In this document: positions 11,966 through 24,699 of the stretch, piece after piece
How the letters are laid out: each line of letters starts with the position of its first letter
How positions within the stretch are numbered: position 1 is the stretch's first letter
Source of the DNA: Callorhinchus milii
Taxonomy: Eukaryota
Direction of reading: 5' to 3'
Assembly: GCF_018977255.1 (NCBI RefSeq)
Contig: NW_024704742.1
Location: 138,944,001-139,008,000, forward strand
DNA length: 64,000 nucleotides
Made by a program: the position numbers and the translations under genes
The notes under the pieces: generated by a model
Database searches by the model: none
The model's input: the letters and a program-made list of their open reading frames with translations, nothing else
What the model was told of the DNA's origin: nothing

Positions 11966-12139
11966 AATAACAAAAAAAAATTTAGTTACAATACGAGAAG
12001 AAAAACAAGCAATGGAATACAGCCACTGAAGGTGGGTTCAGGAGACAACATGACAAATAATGCTGCACAGGCTGCAATAGACGTCCTCCTGACATGAAAG
12101 GCTCTATACAAATGTAATCTTGTTGTTGTTATAGTGTTA

Positions 12140-14047
12140 AATAAGATTTTGCATTGTCTTTACCAAGGAGGAGATGGGTAACATATCTGATCTGGAAAGA
12201 AAGCTCAAGGATGTCGCAGAGAAACGTTGCAACACTATTCATATCACCATCAGCATTGTTGCCAAACAGCTGTGTAAACTTAAGGTAAATAAATCTCAGG
12301 GACCGGATAACTTGCATCCGAGGATCATTAAGTTACTAAGGGAGGAAGTCGCAGAAATGCTGACACAAATCTTTCAAAAATCCCTGAATCCTGGAGTACT
12401 GGATACGGTGCTGTGAAGAAAGACAGATGTTACTCCTATTTTTAAGAAAGGTAACAAAAGTGACCAGGAAACTATAGACCAGTAAGTTTGACGTCCATTG
12501 TAGGTAAAATTATGGAGACCCTTATTAAGGATAAAATCATGGAGCATCTGGACAGAAATAAAATCATCATTGATAGCCAATATGGGTTCACGAAGGGAAG
12601 GTCTTGCCAGTCTTTCCTGGTTTTATTTGACGGTGTGACAAGGGAGCTTGATATGGGTAAGGCTGTGAATGTTGTATATCTGGATTTTAGTAAGGCCTTC
12701 TATACAGTTCCTCTTGAGAGGCTGGTACTGAAAGTAAAGAAAGCGGGAATCAGTGGAAGTGTATTACAACGGATACACAATTGGTTGACCAGAAGAGCCC
12801 AGAGGATGGTGGTACAGGGAATGTCATCAGACTGGGAAATTGTTACCAGTGGAGTTCCACAAGGGTCTGTTATGGGATCTCTTTTGTTTAATATTTTTAT
12901 AAATGATCTGGAACTAGGAGTTGCAATCACAGTGGCTAAGTTTGCAGATTACACCAAGCTGATGAAGGTGGTAGATTGCGAAGCTACAAGATAGGTTACA
13001 GGAGGATTTGAACACACTTGGGAATTGAGCAGATCGGTGGCAGATGAAATTCAATGTGGAGAAATGTAAACAACAACAACAACAAGATTGCATTTATAGA
13101 GCTCCTTTCATGTCGGGAGGACGTCGCAAGGCTCTGGACAGTTGGGTCGGGACCCAAGCAGGGGGGAAATGGTCAGAGTGAGGGGAGGGAAGGGAGGGAG
13201 CGAGGATGGGGTAGAGAGTCGAGAGGGGAGCTGAAGGCACAGTTCTTCACAGTGCTTCACATGGGGACAAAAAATCCTGGAAGGGACTATTATTTGAACA
13301 GAAGAAAAATAATATATATGGAAAAGGAAAATAACCTGGGGGTTCTGCTTGACAATGAATTGAAATTCTCCCAACAATGCTCTGTGTCAATGAGTAAAGC
13401 AAACCAGATGTTGCGATGTATCAAAAGATTAATAGTAAGCCGAAATAGTGTGGTAATCCTGCCACTCTATAGATCATTGGTGAGAACATACTTAAGAGTA
13501 CTGGATACAGTTCTGGTCGCCGCATTACAAAAAGGACATTGGAGAAGATACAGAGAAGGGCAACTAAATGATTGAGGGAATGGAAGGACTGGACTATGAG
13601 GAGCGACTAAATAAATTGGGCATGTTCACGCTGGAAAAGAGAAGATTGAGAGGCGACATGATTGGTGTCTTTAAGATTCTAAAGGGGCAAAGCAATCTGG
13701 ATCATGACGGGCTGTTTCAACTTGTCCAGAATAGTAGAACCAGAGGACATGGCATGCGATTAAAGTGGGGTAAATTCAGAACAAATCCAGGCAAACACTA
13801 TTTCATTGAGTGAATAGTGAACCTGTGGAACCGTCTCCCTAGGGAAGCAGGAAATGTTAATTCTTTTAAACACAGATTTAGATAGTTTTCTTTTAGGAAA
13901 TAACATTATGAGATACAGTGCATAGGGAGTTCGGGACATACGTGCATGCGACCGCCAGGAAGGTGGAAGGCGAATTAGATGGACCTTGGTCTTTTTTCGT
14001 CTAGCATTTCCTATGTTCTTATGCCTAGCCAATTCTTATATTCTTAT
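12140..14047 (+). mobile_element. CR1 LINE 3' half (RT), decayed; interrupted by a minus-strand L2 tail at ~13069-13241
   Basis: SQYGFTKGRSC, VYLDFSKAF, SGVPQGSV, KFADYTKL, FTLEKRRLRGDMI; tail TTCCTATGTTCTTATG. Confidence 0.92.
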
Positions 14048-14283
14048 AAATTGTCTAATCACTCTGTGTACTGAACCAGCCATTCAAAGGCCCTGTACAG
14101 TCAATATAGGAGTAGAGATTGAGCCAGAAGATTGTTATTCGCCCAATGTTTCAGTCAGGAAGTGACGTGCGAAAAATAAGGATCAAAGCAACTCCCATGC
14201 TGTTGCAATGATTTTCTAGGAAGCAGACTATCACGAATGCAATGTTTAACACGATTCAGCATGAGTAACGTTTGGCTACTCAC

Positions 14284-14414
14284 CGCCCTGCACCCCGTAT
14301 CTATTCTGCAGGCTCTTCTCCCTGAACACATTAGGGTTTCTGGCTAGGACAGCCTGCAGGAGAACTGGAATATCCCCTTCTGGATCATCACTCCCCAGGT
14401 TATCTTTCAGCTCT
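14284..14414 (-). CDS. NIPBL: NIPBL coding exon 4
   Basis: ttttttag|A GAG CTG...GGC G|gtgagt; 131 nt; ELKDNLGSDDPEGDIPVLLQAVLARNPNVFREKSLQNRYGVQG. Confidence 0.95.
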
Positions 14415-14539
14415 CTAAAAAAAAGGAACAGAACGGTTTCAGAAAATTGCACCTCTGGATTTACTCGCTTTCGTCAATTGCAGAAACTCTAACTGAGCTG
14501 CAATTTTTCTTACGCTTCCTGGAACACAAGGAAATAGTA

Positions 14540-14828
14540 AGAATAATCTTTGCATTTGATATAGCGCTGTATCACAAGTTCGAGCAGTCTAAAGCACTTC
14601 ACAGAATATACCGTAAAGTGAATCACCTGTATATTTTGTGGGAGAAACACAGCAGCCAATTGCACACAGCAGTGTTCCACAAACAGTCGTGGGTTGAGTG
14701 ACCAAATTGTTATTGTTTTGGAGGGATTATTATCAGGCGTGTGGAGTAAGGAAACTTGCCCAAGATTTCGCACTGCAGGGAATCAAACCCACTTGCGAGC
14801 CGAGTGCTCTAACCACTGAGCTACAGGT
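14540..14828 (-). mobile_element. tRNA-derived SINE
   Basis: Head and tail match the window's dominant SINE. Confidence 0.85.
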
Positions 14829-14904
14829 TATGGATTGAGCGACCAAATTTTTTTAATGGATTAATACCCCCAGAAAGCAATCCGACAATTGACTAACAAG
14901 TCAT

Positions 14905-15341
14905 TATAAAACACTGGCTAGGCGAGAGAAGCTAGCATTATTTTCCTTGGAGCAGAGAAGGTTAAGAGGAGACTTGATAGGATTTTTCAAAATTATGAGC
15001 GGATTCAATAGGGTGAACAAGGAGAAACTATTTCCACTGGCGGGTGGGTCAGTAACCCGAGGACACAGATTTAAAATAGTTGTAAAAGAAACAGAGGGGA
15101 GGTGAGGAGATTTTTTTTTCACACAGCGAGTTGTTGGGTCTGGAATGCCTAAAAGGGTGGTGGAAGCCGATTCGATAACAACTTTTAAGAGAGAAGTAGA
15201 TAATTCTTTGGGGAGGACAAGTTTGTAGGGCTACGGGGAGAGCGCGGAGAGTGGGATTGATTTGGAAGCTCTTTTCAAAGAGCGTCACAGATACAATGGG
15301 CCAAATGGCCTCCTTCTGTGCTGTATAATTCTATGATTCTA
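14905..15341 (+). mobile_element. CR1 3' fragment inserted into a minus-strand SINE (SINE pieces 14830-14900 and 15350-15481)
   Basis: FSLEQRRLRGDLI-type sequence; tail ATTCTATGATTCTA. Confidence 0.85.
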
Positions 15342-16741
15342 AGTGGACTGTTACTTACTGCTAGGTAAACAGAGGCATGTGGAGTAAAGAAACTTGCCCA
15401 ACGTTTCTCCCTGCCCAGGAATCAAACCCGGGTCCTCTCGTTTGTGAGGCAAGTGCTCTGACCACTAAGTTATAGGACTCATAACTATAAAATAGGAAAC
15501 CCTATTTTATTTAGTCTTTTGTCCATAAAATTGGACACTGCATTCACCTACAAAATACACTTTACAATATATTCTGTGAAACGTTTTCAGATATTCTCCA
15601 CATGTTAAAGATGCTAAAAAAACGCAAACGTAAGGATTATTATCATAAGAATTATTATAATTGGTTCACAGAAATCGAGTGGCCTCCAGGGCTGCAGGTC
15701 ACTGTTGATAAGATATCACTGCCTGCTTCCTGGCTCTTGCACAGGAACACAGCCAGCTGGTCACCAAGCATTGAGCTGCTGTGCTAGAAACACTTGCAAG
15801 ATCAGTTGTAGTTGCCACCCAGTTCCCTCCAGAAGCAATAAGCAAAAGAGACGGACACTATAACGACAACTTGCATTAATTTAGTGCCCTTCTTGCGGGG
15901 TAGCATCTTGGAACACTTAACAGCAGTGGAGCTTAACACCAAGTCAGGGAGAGAAGGGAGGCGACTGAAGGCATAGTTGAAGAGGGGGTTCTTCAGGTGT
16001 GATCTGAAGACAGACGAGGAGGGGCAAGGTAGAGGGATTGAGGTAGGGAGTTCCAGAGTCTTTGGGCGTAGTGGCTAAAAGCACAGCCTCCGATGGTGGA
16101 AGGGAAGGGACAAGGAATATGCAGGAGGCCGGAGCCCATTGAGTAAAGAGGACAGGTGGAGGAGTGGGGTGTAAGTAGGTCAGAGAGGTAGCGAGGTGCC
16201 AGGACAAAGTGATTTATATGCGAAGGTGAGGATCTTGAAATTCTACAACAACAATGGAGTTCCAGAGGGTGGCGGCAGAATGGCAGAAGGCCCGTCCGCC
16301 AATGGTGGGGAGGGCGAGGCAGGGGATGTGAAGCAGGCCGGAGCGCACTGAGCGGAAGGAGCAAGCAGGTTGGTAGGGGGTTAGGAGGTAGATGGGAAAA
16401 AGGCCATGGAGGACTTTAAAGGTGAGGACCAGGTTCTTGAACTGCATCATCTGTGTGATGGGAAGCCAGTGGAGTCGAGCGAGGATGGGGGTGATAGGGT
16501 CACGGAGCCTGGTGCGGGAGAGAATACGGGCTGTAGAGTTCTGGATGATCTGCAGCCTGTGGAGGGAGGAGTTGGGGGCCGACAAGCAGGGAGTTCACAT
16601 AGTAGAGCCTGGATGTTATGAATGCTTGTATGAGAGTTTTGGCAGCCTGCGGTGTGAGACAGTGGCGGAGCCGGGCGATATTGCGGAGGTGGTGGGAAGG
16701 CAGAATGGGTCATGGCACGGATGTGGGGTAGAAAGGATAGT

Positions 16742-17063
16742 TATAATAATAATAATCCTTGCATTTTGATATAGCGCTTTTCATATCCCAGACGTCTCAA
16801 AGCACTTCGCAGAATATGCTGTAAAGTGAATTCACTGTATATTTGTGGACAAAACGCGGCAGCCAATTGCGCACAGCAGTGAGTGTCCCACAAACAGTCA
16901 TGGATTGAAAATGACGAATTTATTATTGTTTTGTTTTGGAGGGATTCTTAGTAGGAGTGTGGAGTAAGGAAACTTGCCCAAGGTTTCGCCCTCTGCCTGG
17001 AATTGAACTCAGGTGTCTCACTTGCAAGGCGAGTGCTCCAACCACTGAGCTACAGGACTCCAC
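16742..17063 (-). mobile_element. tRNA-derived SINE, short subfamily
   Basis: Full head to (TTA)n tail. Confidence 0.9.
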
Positions 17064-17203
17064 TAGTTAAAGGGTCAAACAAGATGCCAAAGTTCCAGAT
17101 TGGCTTAGTAAGGTGGAGTATGCATCCATGGATGGTGAATGCTGTCAGCCTAAGGTGTGGAGGCGCTGACGGGAGCCAATCAGGAGAGCCTCGGTCTTGT
17201 TGA

Positions 17204-17520
17204 TGGAGTCCTGTAGCTCAGTGGTTAGAGCACTTGCTTTGCAAGCGAGAGACCCGGGTTCAGTTCCAGGCAGAGGGCCAAACCTCGGGCAAGTTTCCTT
17301 ACTCCACACAGAGCCTAATAATAATCCTCCAAAACCCAAACAATAATAAATTGGTCATTTTCAATCCACGACTGTTTGTGGGACATTGCTGTGCGCAATT
17401 GGCTGCCGCATTCGCCCACAAATATACAGTCAATTCACTTTACAGTGTTCTGTGAAGCGCTTTGGGACGTCCTCCTGACGTGAAAAGTGCTATATCAAAT
17501 GCAAGGATTATTATTATTAT
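17204..17520 (+). mobile_element. tRNA-derived SINE, short (young) subfamily
   Basis: GGAGTCCTGTAGCTCAGTGGTTAGAGC (A box), GGGTTCAGTTCC (B box-like), TGC anticodon-like loop, (TTA)n tail; splits an L2. Confidence 0.92.
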
Positions 17521-18721
17521 TCAACTGAAGGAAGTTAGCTCTCATCCAGGACTTGATGTATGACAGACATTGTGTCAGGACAGCAGTGGGTCCTGGAGTC
17601 AAGGGGGAGGCAGAGGTACAGTTGGGTGTCATGGGTGACATGTGGAAGTTGACCCCATGTCTGTGGATGATGTCACCAAGAGGGAGCATATGGATGTTGA
17701 AGAGGCAGTATTGAACAGGTAACCAGTGGAGCCTGGCAAGGACTGGGATGAAGTGGCTATGGAACCTGGTATGGGTGAAAATACGGGGGGAGAGTTTTGA
17801 ATTAATTGGATTTTATGAATGGTGAAGCTGGGGAAACTGGAAAGGAGGGTACTGGAGAAATCAAGATAGGAGGTGACAAATGCATGGAGAATGGTCTCAG
17901 CTAGGTTAGGTATGAGGTACGGTCGGAACTAGGGAATGTGGTAGAGGTGGAGGAAAGTGTTCTGGTCAGGGACAGGATGTAGGGTAGTAAGGACAGTGGA
18001 AAATTGAACCCGACACCTAGGCTGCACAGATTTTGTAAGTCTGAGAAATGGTCAGAGCCGCAGGTTAAAAGACATTGACGGGTACCAAGGAGGATGGCTT
18101 CTATCTCGTCAACATTTGGCTGCAGAAAGTTGGCGCTCATCCAGGTCTTGATGTCTGAGACACAAGCGGACAGATTGTCAGTGGAGCTGGGGTTACGACT
18201 AGAGGTTTGGGTGTCACCGGCATACATGTGAAAGCTGGCACCAAGTATGCAGATGACGTCACCAGGAGGGAGCATTGTAAATGAGAAGAAGGGCATAGCC
18301 AAAGAGAAAGCTTTGCGTTGTGCTGCAGGTGACCATGCAGGGCTGGAGGAGAAGCCGTTTGTGGAGATGAAGCGATGGCAATGAGTCAACTAGGACTCAA
18401 ACCAGAAGAGTGCAGTCCCACTGATGTGGATGAGGGAGGAGAGACAGTCAAGCTGGTTGATATGGATGACTGTGTCAAAGGCAGTGAAGAAGCCCAGGAG
18501 GACAAAGAGGCAGAGGGGGCCTTGAGAGAGGATGTCATTTGTGACTCAGTGCTGTCTTCATATGGGTGATGATGATTGTAAGGGACGAAGGAGAGATGGT
18601 GACAAATCCGTGTAGGATGGGGTCGGTGGACAGAACTGGGGGGGGGGGGAGCGTGGAGAGTACGGGCAGGGGGGTGGGAGGGTACGGGCAGATGTGCGAG
18701 GGGGCGACTATTGGGGAAATG

Positions 18722-20395
18722 GGAGAGAGTAACTGGGGGAAGGGTGGGAGAGAGTAACTGGGGAGCACTGAGGGAAGGGGGGGGAGCACTGAGGGAAGGG
18801 GGGGGGGGAGCAGCACTGAGGGAAGGGGGGGGAGCAGCACTGAGGGAAGGGGGGGAGCAGCACTGAGGGAAGGGGGGGGAGCAGCACTGAGGGAAGGGGG
18901 GGAGCAGCACTGAGGGAAGGGGGGGGAGCACTGAGGGAAGGGGGGGGAGCACTGAGGGAAGGGGGGGAGCACTGAGGGAAGGGGGGGAGCACTGAGGGAA
19001 GGGGGGGGAGCACTGGGGGGGGGGGGAGCACTGGGGAAGGGGGGGGAGCACTGGGGAGGGGGGGGAGCACTGGGGAAGGGGGGGAGCACTGGGGAAGGGG
19101 GGGGAGCACTGGGGAAGGGGGGGGAGCACTGGGGAAGGGGGGGAGCACTGGGGAAGGGGGGGGGAGCACTGGGGAAGGGGGGGGAGCACTGGGGAAGGGG
19201 GGGGGAGCACTGGGGAAGGGGGGGGGGCACTGGGGAAGGGGGCACTGGGGAAGGGGGGGGGAGCACTGGGGAAAGGGGGGGGGAGCACTGGGGAAGGGGG
19301 GGGGAGCACTGGGGAAGGGGGGGGGAGCACTGGGGAAGGGGGGGGAGCACTGGGGGGGGGGGGAGCACTGGGGAAGGGGGGGGGAGCACTGGGGAAGGGG
19401 GGGAGCACTGGGGAAGGGGGGGGAGCACTGGGGAAGGGGGGGGAGCACTGGGGAAGGGGGGGGAGCACTGGGGAAGGGGGGGGGGAAGCACTGGGGAAGG
19501 GGGGGGAGCACTGACTGGGGAAGGGGGGGGAGCACTGACTGGGGAAGGGGGGGGAGCACTGACTGGGGAAGGGGGGGAGCACGGACTGGGGAAGGGGGGG
19601 AGCACGGACTGGGGAAGGGGGGGGAGCACGGACTGGGGAAGGGGGGGAGCACGGACTGGGGAAGGGGGGGGAGCACGGACTGGGGAAGGGGGGGAGCACG
19701 GACTGGGGAAGGGGGGAGCACGGACTGGGGAAGGGGGGGGAGCACGGACTGGGGAAGGGGGGGGAGCACGGACTGGGGAAGGGGGGGGGAGCACGGACTG
19801 GGGAAGGGGGGAGCACGGACTGGGGAAGGGGGGGGAGCACGGACTGGGGAAGGGGGGGGAGCACGGACTGGGGAAGGGGGGGGATGGACTGGGGAAGGGG
19901 GGGATGGACTGGGGAAGGGGGGGATGGACTGGGGAAGGGGGGGATGCACTGGGGAAGGGGGGGATGCACTGGGGAAGGGGGGGGGGAGTATTGGGGAAAT
20001 GGGGGGAGGAGTATTGGGGAAGGGGGGGGGAGTATTGGGGAAGGGGGGAGTATTGGGGAAGGGGGGAGTATTGGGGAAGGGGGGGAGTATTGGGGAAGGG
20101 GGAGTATTGGGGAAGGGGGGGAGTATTGGGGAAGGGGGGAGTATTGGGGAAGGGGGAGTATTGGGGGAAGGGGGGGAGTATTGGGGAAGGGGGGGAGTAT
20201 TGGGAAGGGGGGAGTATTGGGGAAGGGGGGAGTATTGGGGAAGGGGGGGAGTATTGGGGAAGGGGGAGTATTGGGGAAGGGGGGGAGTATTGGGGAAGGG
20301 GGGGAGGGAGTATTGGGGAAGGGGGGGAGGGAGTATTGGGGAAGGGGGGAGGGAGTATTGGGGAAGGGGGGAGGGAGTATTGGGGAAGGGGCGGA
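18722..20395 (+). repeat. G-rich minisatellite, ~18-24 bp unit (AGCACTGGGGAAG5-9 and variants)
   Basis: Directly visible tandem array. The long Pro-rich and Gly-rich ORFs here are artefacts of it. Confidence 0.97.
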
Positions 20396-21224
20396 GTGAG
20401 TACTGGGAAACAGAGGGGTGGCGGTGGGGGGAGAGAGATTACCGGCAAGCTTCTTGCAATTATTCAATTTGAAGGGTTTTATGGGCTGTGTTTTGTATCT
20501 CTCTGAAAGACCAATCTCTTTTTTGAGCTGTTTTTGCATAATTGTGCACTTTGCCACCTTCTTTCTCCTTAAAGCTATGCTTCCTCTTTCCCCCTTTGAT
20601 CCATTTGATTATTTTTGTACTTATAGAAATTTACACCAGAACAAAGTTATTCAATGATATTACTGCTGCCCTGAGAACATCTTTAAAGATTGGCCATTAA
20701 CCTCAGGCAAGACTTGAGTAGTGAAGTCATTTTCCCTTCCTCAAAATTGGGACGCAACATATGGCTACAAGTATTTGTAATAGCACCAAAACATCAAACA
20801 CCTCAAACTGTCAGCTTAGTTACTTGTAGTGTTTGATTCTTGTAGGGAAACATAGCAGCCATTTCGCAAACAGAAAGTCAGGCTGTGTGGTTGCCTGACT
20901 CAGTGCTCTAGTCTCTGAGTCAGAGGTTGTGGGTTCAAGCCCTACGTTTGGCCTTAAGATGTTAAGATCTAAGCTGACACTCGAGCAGTTACCCAATCAT
21001 ACACTCTGTAGAGCACAAGCCTTGGCTTTTGCCAACCTACCCCAATATTCTCTGGAATCGGGTAAGCAGGATGATTCCCTCCAGGGAGACAGTGCGCATC
21101 CCATTCCAATAAACATCTCTATAATTTCCACAAGTAGGTGGGAATGCATGGAACTCTTGTTTAATTGGATATTGTTAAGCATGGCGATGGCTTTCTGCAT
21201 GTGTCAGATATCTGGCTGACCAAA

Positions 21225-21610
21225 AATAAATTCTTACATTTGATAGTGCTTTTACGTTGAAAGATTGTCTCAAAACCGTTTAATGTAGGCGAACAAAGCA
21301 GCCAATTTGTGTACAGCAATGTCCCCAAAACATCCATAAAGTGAATGACACATTTTATTTTGGGGGGAGTGTTGACCAGGACACCAGGAGAAACTCCCTT
21401 CTTTTTTAACAAAAAGTGCCATGAGGTCTTTAACATCCAACCTCAGTTTAATGTCTCATCCAACGGACAGCACCTCCAACACTGTAGCACACTCCCAGAA
21501 CTGCATTGGAGTGACAGCCAAGACAGCTCAATGTCCCAGCATGGGGCTTGAACCTACATCCATCTGACTCAGAAGCAAGACTGCTACCAACTGAGCCAGG
21601 CTGACACCTA
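21225..21610 (-). mobile_element. Deu-domain SINE
   Basis: Reverse complement of the Deu core (TTTAATGTCTCATCCAACGGACAGCACCTCC) plus tRNA-like head at ~21600. Confidence 0.75.
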
Positions 21611-22857
21611 AACATTTTGAACAGGTTGATGGGACGTTGATTGAATAAAACACAATTTACATTTGTATAGCAACACCTTTCATGTTTCGAATCGCTCAAA
21701 GCGATTCCACACTACATCTGAAGGACAGCACTTCCAACAAAGCGCCAGATCCTCTATACTGCACTGGAGCATCATCTTAGGCCGGGAGCTCAAATACTCA
21801 TGTGAGCCTTGAATCAATAGTCTTGCGACTGCCTAGAAGTCCATCCTGGAGTCCTTCCTGCTCATGCCCGCCCTCCTCACCTTTAAAGCCCATCTTAAGA
21901 TTTTTTTTTGACCGTGCCTTTAGTTTCCACTCCACACCCCTCCCCATTTCCAAGCCCCCCCAACCCCCATATTAGGCTCCCAGCTGATTCTGTGATGCAC
22001 TTTGAGACATCAGAGGCAATATATAAATGCAAAATTGTATTTACACTGAGCCTGAGATAAAAGCAAAAGATACAGTGTAGATCGACTCGGATGTTCCATG
22101 GTTAAGGGGGTTTCAGTTATGAAGAGAAGCTTGAGAAATATGAGACTTGATTTGATCAGCTGGGTGAAGACACATCCTGATTACCTAATCTCAAAAAGTA
22201 TCAGGGGTAAGATAACCAGACAGTGTTCACAAAGGCAAGTTTAGCTGGTTAATCCAACGCACACTCAGGGAACCCCAGGCCTTGACTACTGACCACCTGC
22301 ACCTAATACTATCCGAGATTAGATAAGCAGTGTGTCTCTCCAGGGAGAGGTTTAATTCCAGACAGAAAGACATTTCAGTGCATAGGTGGCATGTACACGT
22401 ACATGTGGTACTATGTCTGATTTGTATACCCTTAAGCATTGCAATGGACTTCTGCGTCCGTCAGACCCCCAGCTGATAACAACTCCCACAACCTGCACAG
22501 TATTTATGTGGTGCCTTTCAGGTTGGGATATGGTTTCATAGCTTCACGCAACGGTCTGGGCCTAAGCTCAGAAGAACAAGGTATCTAAAAGCACAGCCAA
22601 AGAAATTGGTCTCAAGATGGGGCCCCAGAAAAGGGGCAAAATAGCTGAAACAATGAAACAAAATAGCAAAATAGCTGGGCCGTGTAAGGAAATTAATTAG
22701 CCACTTTTGCTAAGTGGCCAAGGCAGTAGGGTGGCAGAAAGTGTCAAAGATAGCTTGGGGCAAAGCCATGAAGGGATCTGAAACTTGTGGAGCTCAGTGC
22801 GGGAGAGGACACAGGCTGCAGAATTCTGGATGGTCTAATGTTACATTTTTAGAAAGT

Positions 22858-23300
22858 ATCAGTTGATAGCACTCTTCACGTCAAAGTCAGAAGGTTGTGA
22901 ATTCAAGGCCCATGTCGGGAACTTTGAAGCTCATAGTGTAGGCTGATGCTCCAATGTAATGCTGGGGAAATGTTGCATTGTCACTGCTGTGTCTTTTGGA
23001 TGAAACTGTAAAATCGAAGTCCCATCTGCCGTTTTAGGTGTTCATTAAAGATCCTATGGCAACAACCTCTTTTTTTTTTACATTTTTCCAAATCCTATGG
23101 CATTGTTCTAAACCAAGAAGGGAGTTTCTCCAAATGTCCTGACCAAAAATCCCCCAAATAAAATTGGATATCCACGCCATGGCTGTTTGTGGGTCAACAT
23201 TGTGTGCAAATTGGCTGCCGCATTCACCTACAAAAAATAGTCACTGTACTTTGCAATAAATCCTGTGAAACGTGGTGTTGATGTCATATCAAATACAATA
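22858..23300 (+). mobile_element. Deu-domain SINE
   Basis: GTCAGAAGGTTGTGAATTCAAG head; TTTGGATGAAACTGTAAAATCGAAG..ATTAAAGATCCTATGGCA; GCTGTTTGTGGG..AAATTGGCTGCC. Confidence 0.7.
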
Positions 23301-23438
23301 TCAAATACAGGGAGCATTATATTATATTGTTTGCACAGAAACTAAGTGGACATACATTGCAGACTATGACAGCCTACTGCTGTGTTCTGAAGGCTAATGG
23401 CTGATCACATTTACTAATTAGAAGAGGGATGTACTTAC

Positions 23439-23604
23439 ATGTGGTCTGTGGAGACCTGGCTGAGACTGTGTACTAACTGTGTAACGAGGCTCTCATCCCT
23501 GCAGCCCAGGAGACAATTGACATCTTCTGCAATTCTCCCTCCAAACAGTAAGCTTTTGGTGGTGGTAGCAGGCAGTGGGGAGGGAAGAGGCAGCTGATTC
23601 AGTA
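23439..23604 (-). CDS. NIPBL: NIPBL coding exon 3
   Basis: cctgacag|TA CTG AAT...CAC AT|gtaagt; 166 nt; LNQLPLPSPLPATTTKSLLFGGRIAEDVNCLLGCRDESLVTQLVHSLSQVSTDH. Confidence 0.97.
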
Positions 23605-24254
23605 CTGTCAGGAGGAGGAGGAAAACATGTGGTCAGGCATGAGGCATATTGCAAACAAACCCAGTCAGTTATCGAGATAAATACCTACCAGACATTTTGC
23701 CCACAAAATATGCAGTCAATTCACTTTGCAGTGTATTCTATGAAGCACTTTAAGACATCTCAAAGACGTGATAAGGCACTATATCAAATTCAAGGATTAT
23801 TATTAATGAGAATTTATAATAAATCTTGCACATTTCTATTAGTTCAGGTTTTTCATTGTAAGCCACAAAACCTTCAATATGGAGTTTGGTTTTAAATAAC
23901 TAACAACAATATAGCTGACACTAGAATTGGTGCAATAAACAGATTTACATTTATATAGCTCCTTTGATATCAGCAGGCACTAGATAATCCAGGGTTTGCA
24001 CTAGCGGTTGAGTGGTGGTGGGGGGAGAGGGAGGGGAGCTGAGGTTACGTCAAAGAGGAAGGTCCTGAAGCAAACTTGAAGTAGGCAAGGGAAGGGACAA
24101 GTTGTTCAGACGCCAGGATAGAGTTCCAGGGAGTGAGGCAGATAGACTGAAAGTGCAACAGCCAAAGGTAGGGCATGCAGGGCAGGGATGTGAAATCAGT
24201 GACTGTCAAACAGATAAACAATTGCTGGATCAGCAAAATCTAAAGGCTACTAAC

Positions 24255-24518
24255 AGTAAGTAGGAGTAAGAAGGAACATAAGTAAGCTGGAACCCGGTCA
24301 TTAGTCGATTGGTGTATGGATCACATTCCAGGGGTAATAATCCCTAAAAAAAATTGTTTTGGTCATTCAATCCACGACTGTTTGTGGGAACCTGCTGTGT
24401 GCAATTGGTGCCGTGTTTTGCCCACAAAATATACAGTCAATTAATTTTACAGTATATTCCGTGAAGCGTTTTGAGACATCTCAATGATGTGATAAGACGC
24501 TAAATTAAGTGTTATTAT
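24255..24518 (+). mobile_element. tRNA-SINE body/tail, long subfamily
   Basis: CAGTAAGTAGG...CACGACTGTTTGTGGG...GTGAAGCGTTTTGAGAC. Confidence 0.8.
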
Positions 24519-24699
24519 AACACAAAATTAAATATCAGCAGTGTATATTTTCACAAGAGAAGGAATTGTCTGTCATGCCAAATAGTCATTCTCTACCATA
24601 ACCATCACAGTTAGACTCATTGAGGCAGGACATGCAATTGTCCTAGTGTCAGGTAACCAGAAACTTGCTGGTCACACACACACACACACACACGCATGC

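Larger units (their letters stand above)
15862..18600 (-). mobile_element. Stack of at least three decayed L2 fragments, interrupted by two SINEs
   Basis: LQIIQNSTARILSRT..LARLHWLPI, WMRANFLQLN and MYAGDTQ motifs; SINEs at 16742-17063 and 17204-17520. Confidence 0.85.

Noticed and set aside
17204..17275. Functional tRNA-Ala genes at SINE heads
   Set aside because: No proper acceptor stem, and each continues into a SINE body and tail in many diverged copies.
18722..20395. CRISPR-like repeat/spacer array
   Set aside because: No unique spacers, eukaryotic context and no cas genes; it is a simple tandem minisatellite.
18386..20557. 723-, 637- and 413-aa Pro-rich ORFs and the antisense Gly-rich ORFs (extensin-like appearance)
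   Set aside because: They are translations of the minisatellite, open in several frames on both strands because the unit lacks stops; the region is intronic.
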